Assembly (NCBI RefSeq): GCF_009914755.1 | Contig: NC_060933.1 | DNA: 64,000 nucleotides | Strand: one strand, 5' to 3' | Source of the DNA: the human T2T-CHM13v2.0 reference genome, Homo sapiens | Shown: in pieces, positions 43,270-56,800 of the stretch | Layout: each line of letters starts with the position of its first letter | Position numbering within the stretch: the stretch's first letter is position 1 | Notes under the pieces: model-generated | Databases searched by the model: none | Told to the model about the DNA's origin: nothing | Seen by the model: the letters and a program-made list of their open reading frames with translations, nothing else | Translations under genes and position numbers: made by a program

Positions 43270-46200
43270 TCCGGATGATTCCATTCTATTGCATTCCGTT
43301 CCATTTCATTCCCCTGCACTCGCGTTGATTCCATTCCATTCCATCCCATTCCATTCAATTCCATTCCATTACAATTCGTTCCATTCCATTCTATTCCGTA
43401 CCATTCCATTCCAATCCATACCATTCCATTCCATTCCATTCTATTCCATTCCATTCCATTCCATTCCGGATGATTCCATTCCATTGCATTCCGTTCCGTT
43501 ACATTCCCCTGCACTCGGGTTGATTCCTTCCCATTCCATTCCATTCTATTCCATTCCATTCCATTCCAATTCTTTCCTTTCCATTCTATTCCGTACCATT
43601 CCATTCCATTTCATACAATTCCATTCCATTCCATTCCATTCCATTCCATTCCATTCCGTTCCTTTCCGTTCCGTTCCGTTCCATTCCATTCCATTCCATT
43701 CTATTCGGGTTAATTCCATTCCATTCCATTCCATTCCATTATATTCCATTCCATTGCAATCGAGTTGAATCCATTACATTCCATTCCATTCCATTCCATT
43801 CCGGAAGATTCCATTCCATTGCATTCCATTCCATTCCATTCCCCTGCATTCGCGTTTATTCCTTTCAATTCCATTCCGTTCCATTCCATTCCATTCCGTT
43901 CCGCTCCATTCCATTCCATTCCATTCCATTCCATTCCATTCCATTCCGTTCCGTTCCGTTCCATTCCATTCTATTCCGTTCTATTCGGGTTAATTCCATT
44001 CCATTCCATTCGATTGCAATCGAGATGATTCCATTCCATTCCATTCCATTCCATTCCATTCCATTCCATTCCATTCCTTTCCATTACATTACGGATGATT
44101 CCATTCCATTGCATTCCATTCCATTCCATTCCCCTGTACTCGGGTTGATTCCATTCCATTCCATTCCATTCCATGCCACTCCACTCGTGTTGATTCCATT
44201 CTTTCCATTCCATTCAAGTTGAATCCATTCCATTGCATTCCATTCCATTCGATTCCATTCGATTGCACTCGTGTTGATTCCATTCCATTTTATTCCATTC
44301 CATTCCATTCCATTCCCTTCCATTCCATTCCATTACATTCGGATTGATTCTATTCAATTCCCTTACACTCCATTACATTCCATTACATTCGGGTAGTTTC
44401 CATTCCATTCCATTCCATTCCTTTCCATTCCATTGCACTCGGGTTGATTCCATTCCATTCCATTCCATTCCATTCCATTCCATTCCATTCCATTCCGGAT
44501 GATTCCATTCCATTGAATTCCATTCCATTCCATTCCCCTCCACTTGGGTTGATTCCATTCCATTCCATTCCATTCCTTTCCGTTCCATTCCATTCCATTC
44601 CATTCCATTGTATTCGTGTTAATTCCATTCCATTCTATTCCATTCCATTCCATTGAAATCGAGTTGATTCCATTCCATTCCATTCCATTCCATTCCGGAT
44701 GATTCCATTCAATTGCATTCCATTCCATTCCATTCCCCTGCACTCGGGTTGAATCCATTCCATTCCGTTCCATTCCATTCCATTCCATTCTATTCGTGTT
44801 AATTCCATTCCATTCCATTCCACTCCATTCCAGTCCTTTGCATTCCATTCCACTAGGGTTGATTCCATTCTACTCCTTTCCATTACATTCCATTCCATTG
44901 CAATCGAGTTGATTCCATTCGAGTTGAATCCATTCCATTCCATTCAATTACATTACATTGCACACGGGTTCATTCCATTCCTTTCCATTCCATTCCATTC
45001 CATTCCATTCCATTTCATTCCGTTCCATTCTATTCCGTACCATTCCATTCCATCCCATTCCATTCCATTCCATTCCATTCCATGCCATTACACTCGGGTT
45101 GATTCCATTCCTTTCCATTCCATTCTTGTTGAATCCATTCCATTCCATTCCATTCCATTCGAATCCTTTCCATTGCAGTCGGGTTGATTCCATTCCATTC
45201 CGTTCCATTCCATTTCATTCCATTCCATTCCATTACATTCGGATTGATTCTATTCAGTTCCCTTACACTCCATTACATTCCATTCCATTCGGGATGTTTC
45301 CATTCCATTCCATTCCATTCCACTCCATTCCATTGCATCGGGTTGATTGCATTCCATTTCATTCCATTCCATTCCGGATGATTCCATTGCATTGCATTCC
45401 ATTCCATTCCATTCCCCTGCACTCGGGTTGATTACATTCCATACCATTCCCTTCCATTCCATTCCATTCCATTCCGGATGATTGCATTCCATTGCTTTCC
45501 ATTCCATTCCATTCCATTGCAATCGAGTTGATTCCATTCCATTCCATTCCATTCCATTCCATTCCATTCCATTCCATTCCGGATGATTGCATTCCATTGC
45601 TTTCCATTCCCTTCCATTCCCCTGCACTCGGGTTGGTTCCATTCCATTTCATTCCATTACATTCCGTTCCATTCCATTCCATTCCATTCTATTCGGGTTA
45701 ATTCCATTCCATTCCATTCCATTCCATTCCATTCCATTCCATTCCATTCCATTGCAATCGAGTTGATTCCATTCCATTCCATTCCATTCCATTCCATTGC
45801 ATTCCAATCGATTTGATTCCATTCCATTCCATTCCATTCCACTCCATTCCAGTCCTTTCCATTCCATTCATCTCGGGTTGATTCCATTCTATTCCTTTCC
45901 ATTCCATTCCATTCCATTGCAATCGAGTTGATTCCTTTCGAGTTGAATCCATTCCATACCATTCCATTCCATTACATTGCACACGGGCTCATTCCATTCC
46001 ATTCCATTCCATTCCATTCCATTCCATTCCATTTCATTCCATTCCATTCTATTCCGTACCATTCCATTCCATCCCATTCCATTCCATTCCATTCCATGCC
46101 ATTACACTCGGGTTGATTCCATTCCTTTCCATTCCATTCTTGTTGAATCCATTCCATTCCATTCCATTCCATTCGAATCCATTCCATTGCACTCGGGTTG

Positions 46201-46600
46201 ATTCCATTCCATTCCATTCCATTCCATTTCATTCCATTCCATTACATTACATTCCGATTGATTCTATTCAATTCCCTTACACTCCATTACATTCCATTCC
46301 ATTCGGGTAGTTTCCATTCCATTCCATTCCATTCCGCTCCATTCCATTGCACTCGGGTTGATTCCATTCCATTCCATTCCATTCCATTTCATTCCATTCC
46401 ATTACATTACATTCCGATTGATTCTATTCAATTCCCTTACACTCCATTACATTCCATTCCATTCGGGATGTTTCCATTCCATTCCATTCCATTCCACTCC
46501 ATTCCATTGCATCGGGTTGATTCCATTCCATTCCATTCCATTCCGGATGATTCCATTCGATTGCATTCCATTGCATTCCATTCCCCTGCACTCGGGTTGA
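43270..46600 (+). repeat. Copy 5 of block S (corresponds to ~2.37-5.67 kb)
   Basis: Markers at 43272 (=2371), 43847 (=2971) and GCACACGGG 44960/45979 (=4099/5013); the 160-bp doublet is at 46198/46358 (=5267/5427). Confidence 0.88.
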
Positions 46601-49200
46601 TTCCATTCCATTCCATTCCATTCCATTCCATTCCATTCCATTCCAATTCTTTCCTTTCCATTCTATTCCGTACCATTCCATTCCATTTCATACAATTCCA
46701 TTCCATTCCATTCCATTCCATTCCATTCCGTTCTGTTCCGTTCCGTTCCGTTCCGTTCCATTCCATTCCATTCCATTCTATTCGGGTTAATTCCATTCCA
46801 TTCCATTCCATTCCATTACATTCCGTTCCATTCCATTCCATTCCATTCGGATTGATTCTATTCAATTCCCTTACACTCCATTACATTCCATTCCATTCGG
46901 GTAGTTTCCATTCCATTCCATTCCATTCCATTGTACTCGGGTTGATTCCATTCCATTGCATTCCATTCCATTCCATTCCATTCCATTCCATTCCGTTCCA
47001 TTCCATTACATTCGGATTGATTCTATTCAATTCCCTTACACTCCATTACATTCCATTGCATTCCATTCCATTCCATTCCATTTCGTTCCATTCCATTCTA
47101 TTCCGTATCATTCCATTCCATTCCATTCCATTGCATTCCATTCCATTCCATTCCACTCGTGTTGATTTCATTCCTTTCCATTCCATTCGGTTTGAAGGCA
47201 TTCCATTCCATTCCATTCCATTCCATTCCATTCCATTCCATTCCATTCCATTCCATTGTACTCGGGTTGATTCCATTCCATTGCATTCCATTGCATTCCA
47301 TTCCATTCCATTCCATTCCGTTGCGTTCCATTCCATTCCATTCGGATTGATTCTATTCAACTCCCTTACTCTCCATTACATTCCATTCCATTCGGGTTGT
47401 TCCATTCCATTCCATTCCATTCCACTCCATTCCATTGCACTCGGGTTGATTCCATTCCATTCCATTCCATTCCATTCCATTCCGGATGATTCCATTCTAT
47501 TGCATTCCGTTCCATTTCATTCCCTTGCACTCGCGTTGATTCCATTCCATTCCATTCCATTCCATTCAATTCCATTCCATTACAATTCGTTCCATTCCAT
47601 TCTATTCCGTACCATTCCATTCCAATCCATACCATTCCATTCCATTCCATTCCATTCCATTCCATTCTATTCCATTCCATTCAGGATGATTCCATTCCAT
47701 TGCATTCCGTTCCATTACATTCCCCTGCACTCGGGTTGATTCCTTCCCATTCCATTCCATTCTATTCCATTCCATTCCATTCCAATTCTTTCCTTTCCAT
47801 TCTATTCCGTACCATTCCATTCCATTTCATACAATTCCATTCCATTCCATTTCATTCCATTCCATTCCATTCCGTTCCTTTCCGTTCCGTTCCGTTCCAT
47901 TATATTCCATTCCATTCTATTCGGGTTAATTCCATTCCATTCCATTCCATTCCATTATATTCCATTCCATTGCAATCGAGTTGAATCCATTGCATTCCAT
48001 TCCATTCCATTCCATTCCGGAAGATTCCATTCCATTGCATTCCATTCCATTCCATTCCCCTGCATTCGCGTTTATTCCTTTCAATTCCATTCCGTTCCAT
48101 TCCATTCCATTCCGTTCCGCTCCATTCCATTCCATTCCATTCCATTCCATTCCATTCCATTCCGTTCCGTTCCGTTCCGTTCCATTCCATTCTATTCCGT
48201 TCTATTCGGGTTAATTCCATTCCATTCCATTCGATTGCAATCGAGATGATTCCATTCCATTCCATTCCATTCCATTCCATTCCATTCCTTTCCATTACAT
48301 TACGGATGATTCCATTCCATTGCATTCCATTCCATTCCATTCCCCTGTACTCGGGTTGATTCCATTCCATTCCATTCCATTCCATGCCACTCCACTCGTG
48401 TTGATTCCATTCTTTCCATTCCATTCAAGTTGAATCCATTCCATTGCATTCCATTCCATTCGATTCCATTCGATTGCACTCGTGTTGATTCCATTCCATT
48501 GCATTCCATTCCATTCCATTCCATTCCATTCCATTCCCTTCCATTCCATTCCATTACATTCGGATTGATTCTATTCAATTCCCTTACACTCCATTACATT
48601 CCATTCCATTCGGGTAGTTTCCATTCCATTCCATTCCATTCCTTTCCATTCCATTGCACTCGGGTTGATTCCATTCCATTCCATTCCATTCCATTCCATT
48701 CCATTCCATTCCGGATGATTCCATTCCATTGAATTCCATTCCATTCCATTCCCCTCCATTTGGGTTGATTCCATTCCATTCCATTCCATTCCTTTCCGTT
48801 CCATTCCATTCCATTCCATTCCATTCCATTGTATTCGTGTTAATTCCATTCCATTCTATTCCATTCCATTCCATTGAAATCGAGTTGATTCCATTCCATT
48901 CCATTCCATTCCATTCCGGATGATTCCATTCAATTGCATTCCATTCCATTCCATTCCCCTGCACTCGGGTTGAATCCATTCCATTCCGTTCCATTCCATT
49001 CCATTCCATTCTATTCGGGTTAATTCCATTCCATTCCATTCCACTCCATTCCAGTCCTTTGCATTCCATTCCACTAGGGTTGATTCCATTCTATTCCTTT
49101 CCATTACATTCCATTCCATTGCAATCGAGTTGATTCCATTCGAGTTGAATCCATTCCATTCCATTCCATTACATTACATTGCACACGGGTTCATTCCATT
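46600..49200 (+). repeat. Copy 6 of block S (corresponds to ~1.48-4.11 kb)
   Basis: Markers at 47483 (=2371), 48063 (=2971) and GCACACGGGTTC 49181 (=4099). Confidence 0.88.
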
Positions 49201-49259
49201 CCATTCCATTCCATTACATTCCATTCCATTACATTCCGTTCCATTCCATTCCATTCCAT

Positions 49260-50800
49260 TCTATTCGGGTTAATTCCATTCCATTCCTTTCCATTCCAAT
49301 CCATTCCATTCCATTCTATTCCATTCCATTGCAATCGAGTTGAATCCATTGCATTCCATTCCATTCCATTCCATTCTATTCAGGTTAATTCCATTCCATT
49401 CGATTGCAATCGAGTTCATTCCATTCCATTCCATTCCTTTCCATTCCATTACTGATGATTCCATTCCATTGCATTCCATTCCATTCCATTCTCCTGTACT
49501 CGGGTTGATTCCATTCCATTCCATTCCAATCCATGCCATTCCACTCGTGATGATTCCTTTCTTTCCATTCCATTCAAGTTGAATCCATTCCATTGCGTTC
49601 CATTCAATTCGATTCCATTCGATTGCACTCGGGTTCATTCCATTCCATTGCATTCCATTCCATTCCATTCCGTTCCATTCCATTCCATTACATTCGGATT
49701 AATTCTATTCAATTCCCTTACACTATATTACATTCCATTCCATTCGGGTAGTTTCCATTCCATTCCATTCCATTCCACTCCATTCCACTGCACTCGGGTT
49801 GATTCCATTCCATTCCATTCCATTCCATTCCATTGTACTCGGGTTGATTCCATTCCATTGCATTCCATTCCATTCCATTCCATACCATTCCATTCCATTC
49901 CGTTCCATTCCATTACATTCGGATTTATTCTATACAACTCCCTTACTCTCCATTACATTCCATTCCATTCGGGTTGTTCCATTCCATTCCATTCCATTCC
50001 ACTCCATTCCATTGCACTCGGGTTGATTCCATTCCATTCCATTCCATTCCATTCCATTCCATTCCGGATGATTCCATTCCATTGCATTCCGTTCCATTAC
50101 ATTCCCCTGCACTCGGGTTGATTCCATTCCATTCCATTCCCTTCCATTCGATTCCATTCCATTCCAATTCTTTCCATTCCATTCTATTCCGTACCATTCC
50201 ATTCCATTTCATACAATTCCATTCCATTCCATTCCATTCCATTCCATTCCATTCCATTCCGTTCCGTTCCGTTCCGTTCCGTACCGTTCCGTTCCATTCC
50301 ATTCCATTCCATTCTATTCGGGTTAATTCCATTCCATTACATTCCATTCCATTCTATTCCATTCCATTGCAATCGAGTTGAATCCATTGCATTCCATTCC
50401 ATTCCATTCCATTCCATTCCATTCCATACCATTCCATTCCATTCCGGAAGATTCCATTCCATTGCATTCCATTCCATTCCATTCCCCTGCACTCGCGTTT
50501 ACTCCTTTCAATTCCATTTCATTCCATTCCATTCCATTCCGTTCCTCTCCATTCCATTGCATTCCATTCCATTCCATTCCATTCCATTCCGTTCCGTTCC
50601 GTTCCGTTCCATTCCATTCCATTCCATTCTATTCGGGTTAATTCCATTCCATTCCATTCGATTGCAATCGAATTGATTCCATTCCATTCCATTCCATTCC
50701 ATTCCATTCCATTCCATTCCATTCCTTTCCATTCCATTACGGATGATTCCATTCCATTGCATTCCATTCCATTCCATTCCCCTGTACTCGGGTTGATTCC
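49260..50800 (+). repeat. Copy of the ~6.43-7.93 kb part of block S
   Basis: CTATTCAGGTTAA...CGAGTTCATT...ACTGATGATT occurs at 6526-6610 and 49376-49460. ORFs 6883..7068 and 49723..49908 are identical. Confidence 0.88.
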
Positions 50801-53800
50801 ATTGCATTCCATTCCATTCCATGCCATTCCACTCGTGTTGATTCCATTCTTTCCATTCCATTCAAGTTGAATCCATTCCATTGCATTCCATTCCATTCAA
50901 TTCCATTTGATTGCACTCGGGTTGATTCCATTCAATTGCATTCCATTCCATTCCATTCCATTCCATTCCATTCCGTTCCATTCCATTCCATTACATTCGG
51001 ATTGATTCTATTCAATTCCCTTACACTCCATTACATTCCATTCCATTCGTGATGTTTCCATTCCATTCCATTCCATTCCACTCCATTCCATTGCATCGGG
51101 TTGATTGCATTCCATTCCATTCCATTCCATTCCATTCCATTCCATTCCGGATGATTCCATTCCATTGCATTCCATTCCATTCCGTTCCCCTGCACTCGGG
51201 TTGATAACATTCCATTTCCTTCCCTTCCATTCCTTTCCATTCCATTCCATTCCATTCTATTCGTGTGAATTCCATTCCATTCCATTCCATTCCATTCCAT
51301 TCCATTCCATTCCATTGCAATCAAGTTGATTGCATTCCATTCCATTCCATTCCGTTCCGGATGATTCCATTCCATTGCATTCCATTCCATTCCATTCCCC
51401 TGCAGTCGGGTTGATTCCATTCCATTCCATTCCATTCCATTCCATTCCCTTCCATTCCATTCCATTCCATTCTATTCGGGTTAATTCCATTCCATTCCAT
51501 TCCATTCCATTCCAATCGAGTTGATTCCATTCCATTCCATTCCGTTCCATTCCACTCCATTCCAGTCCTTTCCATTCCATTCCACTCGGGTTGATTCCAT
51601 TCTATTCCTTTCCATTCCATTCCATTACCTTGTAATCGAGTTGATTCCATTGATTTGCATTCCATTCCATTCCATTCCATTCCGGATGATTCCATTCCAT
51701 TGCATTCCATTCCATTCCATTCCCCTGCACTCGGGTTGATTCCATTCTATTCCACTCCTTTCCTTATCATTCCATTCCATTCCATTGTATTCGGGTTATT
51801 TCCATTCCATTCCATTCCATTCCATTCCATTCCATTCCATTACAATCGAGTTGATTCCATTCCATTCCATTCCATTCCATTCCATTCCATTCCATTCCTT
51901 TCCATTCCATTCCTCTCGGGTTGATTCCATTCTATTAGTTTCCATTACATTCCATTCCCTTCCATTCCACTCTGGTTGATTCCATTCCTTTCCATTCCAC
52001 TCGAATACATTCCCTCCTATTCCACTCGGAACGATTCCATTCCATTCCATTCCATTCCATTCCATTCCATTCCATTCCATTTCGTTCCATTCCATTCTAT
52101 TCCGTACCATTCCATTCCATTCCATTCCATTCCATTCCATTCCACTCGTGTTGATTCTATTCCTTTCAATTCCATTCGGTTTGAAGCCATTCCATTCCAT
52201 TCAATTCCATTCCATTGCATTCCATTCCATTCCATTTCATTCCATTGTAATCGGGTTGATTCCATTCCATTGCATTCCATTCCATTCCATTCAATTCCAT
52301 TCCGTTCCATTCCATTCCATTACATTTGGATTGATTCTATTCAACTCCCTTACTCTCAATTACATTCCATTCCATTCGGATTGATTCTATTCAACTCCCT
52401 TACTCTCCATTACATTCCATTCCATTCGGGTTGTTCCATTCAATTCCATTCCATTCCACTCCATTCCATTGCACTCGGGTTGATTCCATTCCACTCCATT
52501 CCATTCCATTCTATTCCGGATGATTCCATTCCATTGCATTCCGTTCTATTACATTCCCCTGCACTAGCGTTGATTCCATTCCATTCCATTCCATTCCATT
52601 CCATTCCATTCCATTCCAATTCGTTCCATTCCATTCTATTCCGTACCATTCCATTCCATTCCATACCATTCCATTCCATTCCATTCCATTCCGTTCCGTT
52701 CCATTCCGTTCCATTCCATTCCATTCCATTCTATTAGGGTTAATTCCATTCCATTCCATTCCATTCCATTCTATTCCATTCCATTGCAATCGAGTTGAAT
52801 CCATTGCATTCCATTCCATTCCATTCCATTCCATTCCATTCCGGAAGATTCCATCCCATTGCATTCCATTCCATTCCATTCCCCTGCACTCGCCTTGATT
52901 CCATTCCATTCCATTCCATTCCATTCCATTCCATTCCGATCCGTTCCATTCCATTCCATTCCATTCCATTCCATTCCATTCCGTTCCGTTCCATTCCATT
53001 CCATTCCATTCCATTCCATTCTATTCGGGTTAATTCCATTCCATTCCATTCCATTGAAATCGAGTTGATTCCTTTCCATTCTATTCCATTCCATTCCATT
53101 CCTTTCCATTCCATTACGGATGATTCCATTCTATTGCATTCCATTCCATTCCATTCCCCTGCACTCGGGTTGATTCCATTCCATTCCATTCCATTACATT
53201 GCGTTCCACTCCATTCCATTCCATTCGGATTGATTCTATTCAATTCCCTTACATTCCATTACATTCCATTCCATTCGGGTAGTTTCCATTCCATTCCATT
53301 CCATTCCATTCCTCTCCATTCCATTGCACTCGGGTTGATTCCATTCCATTCCATTCCATTCCATAACATTACATTCCATTCCGTTCCATTGTACTCGGGT
53401 TGATTCCATTCCATTGCATTCCATTCCATTCCATTCCATTCCATTCCATTCCATTCCATTCCATTCCGTTCCATTCCATTACATTCGAATTGATTCTATT
53501 TAACTCCCTTACTCTCCATTACATTCCATTCCATTCGGGTTGTTCCATTCCATTCCATTCTATTCTACTCCATTCCATTTCACTCGGGTTGATTCCATTC
53601 CATTCCATTCCATTCCATTCCATTCTGGAAGATTCCATTCCATTGCATTCCATTCCATTCCATTCCCCTGCACTCGAGTTGATTCATTTCCATTCCATTC
53701 CATTCCATTCCATTCCATTCCATTCCATTCCGTTCCGTTCCATTCCGTTGCGTTCCATTCCATTACATTCGGATTGATTCTATTCAACTCCCTTACTCTC

Positions 53801-56800
53801 CATTACATTCCATTCCATTCGGGTTGTTCCATTCCATTCCATTCCATTCCACTCCATTCCATTGCACTCGGGTTGATTCCATTCCATTCTATTCCATTCC
53901 ATTCCGGATGATTCCATTCCATTGCATTCCGTTCCATTTCATTCCCCTGCACTCGCGTTGATTCCATTCCATTCCATTCCATTCCATTCAATTCCATTCC
54001 ATTACAATTCGTTCCATTCCATTCTATTCCGTAGCATTCCATTCCATTCCATACCATTCCATTCCATTCCATTCCATTCCATTCCGTTCCATTCCGTTCC
54101 ATTCCATTCCATTCCATTCTATTCGGGTTAACTCCATTCCATTCCATTCCATTCTATTCCTTTCCATTGCATCGAGTTGAATCCATTGCATTTCATTCCA
54201 TTCCATTCCATTCCGGAAGATTCCATTCCATTGCATTCCATTCCATTCCATTCCCCTGCACTCGAGTTGATTCATTTCCATTCCATTCCATTCCATTCCA
54301 TTCCATTCCATTCCATTCCGTTCCGTTCCGTTCCATTCCATTCCATTCCATTCCGTTCCGTTCCGTTCCATTCCATTCCATTCCATTCTATTCGGGTTAA
54401 TTCCATTCCATTCCGTTCGATTGCAATCGAGTTGATTGCATTCCATTCAATTCCATTCCATTCCATTCCATTCCATTCCATTCCTTTCCATTCCATTACG
54501 GATGATTCCATTCCATTGCATTCCATTCCATTCCATTCCCCTGTACTCGGGTTGATTCCATTCCATTCCATTCCAATCCATGCCATTCCACTCGTGTTGA
54601 TTCCATTCTTTCCATTCCATTCAAGTTGAATCCATTCCATTGCATTCCATTCCATTCGATTCCATTCGATTGCACTCGGGTTGATTCCATTCCATTGCAT
54701 TCCATTACATTCCATTCCATTCCATTCCATTCCGTTCCATTCCATTTCATTACATTCAGATTGATTCTATTCAATTCCCTTACACTCCATTATATTCCAA
54801 TCCATTCTGGTTGTTTCCATTCCATTCCATTCCATTTCACTCCATTCCATTGCACTCGGGTTGATTCCATTCCATTCCATTCCATTGCATTCCATTCCAT
54901 TCCATTCCGGATGATTCCATTCCATTGCATTCCTTTCCATTCCATTCCCCTGCACTCGGGTTGATTCCATTCCATTCCATTCCATTACATTCCGTTCCAT
55001 TCCATTCCATTCCATTCGGATTGATTCTATTCAATTCCGTTACACTCCATTACATTCCATTCCATTCGGGTAGTTTCCATTCCATTCCATTCCATTCCTC
55101 TACATTCCATTGCACTCGGGTTGATTTCATTCCATTCCATTCCGTTCCATTGTACTCGGGTTGATTCCATTCCATTGCATTCCATTCCATTCCATTTCAT
55201 TCCATTCCATTCCATTCCATTCCATTCCTTTCTATTCCAGTCGTTTCCATTCCATTCCACTCAGGTTGATTCCATTCTATTAGTTTCCATTCAATTCCAT
55301 TCCCTTCCATTCTACTCTGGTTGATTCCATTCCTTTACATTCCACTCGAATACATTCCCTCCTATTCCACTTGGAACGATTCAATTCCATTCCATTCCAT
55401 TCCATTCCATTCCATTCCATTCCATTCCATTCCATTTCGTTCCATTCCATTCTATTCCGTATCATTCCATTCCATTCCATGCCATTCCATTCCATTCCAT
55501 TCCTTTCCATTCCAATCGTGTTGATTCCATTCCTTTCCATTCCATTCGGTTTGAAGGTATTCCAATCCATTCCATTCCATTCCATTCCATTCCATTCCAT
55601 TCCATTCCATTCCATTGTACTCGGGTTGATTCCATTCCATTGCATTCCATTCCATTCCATTCCATTCCATTCCGTTGCATTCCATTCCATTACATTCGGA
55701 TTGATTCTATTCAACTCCCTTACTCTCCATTTCATTCCATTCCATTCGGGTTGTTCCATTCCATTCAATTCCATTCCACTCCATTCCATTGCACTCGGGT
55801 TGATTCCATTCCATTCCATTCCATTCAATTCCATTCCGGATGATTCCATTCCATTGCATTCCGTTCCATTACATTCCCCTGCACTCGCGTTGATTCCATT
55901 CCATTCCATTACATTCCATTCAATTCCATTCCATTACAATTCGTTCCATTCCATTCTATTCCGTACCATTCCATTCCATTCCATACCATTCCATTCCATT
56001 CCATTCCATTCCATGCCGTTCCATTCAGTTCCATTCCATTCCATTCCATTCTATTCGGATTAATTCCATTCCATTCCATTCCATTCCATTCTATTCCATT
56101 CCATTGCAATCGAGTTGAATCCATTGCATTTCATTCCATTGCATTCCATTCCATTCCATTCCGGAAGATTCCATTCCATTGCATTCCATTCCATTCCATT
56201 CCCCTGCACTCGCGTTGATTCCATTCTATTCCATTCCATTCCATTCCATTCCATTCCATTCCGTTCCGTTCCATTCCATTCCATTCCATTCCGTTCCAAT
56301 CTATTCCATTCCATTCTATTCGGGTTAATTCCATTCCATTCCATTCGATTGCAATCGAGTTGATTCCATTCCATTCCATTCCATTCCATTCCATTCCTTT
56401 CCATTCCATTACGGATGATTCCATTCCATTGCATTCCATTCCATTCCATTCCCCTGTATTCGGGTTGATTCCATTCCATTCCATTCCAATCCATGCCATT
56501 CCACTCGTGTTGATTCCATTCTTTCCATTCCATTCAAGTTGAATCCATTCCATTGCATTCCATTCCATTCGATTCCATTCGATTTCACTCGGGTTGATTC
56601 CATTCCATTGCATTCCATTCCATTCCATTCCATTCCATTCCATTCCGTTCCATTCCATTCCATTATATTCGGATTGATTCTATTCAATTCCCTTACACTC
56701 CATTCCATTCCATTCCATTCCATTCCATTCCATTCCATTTCGTTCCATTCCATTCTATTCCGTATGATTCCATTCCATTCCATTCCATTCCATTCCATTC

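Noticed and set aside
46198-47739. Longest ORF (513 aa)
   Set aside because: It has the same low-complexity HSIPF content, starts at TTG and spans the copy 5/6 junction. Its length reflects chance avoidance of TGA/TAA-containing words.
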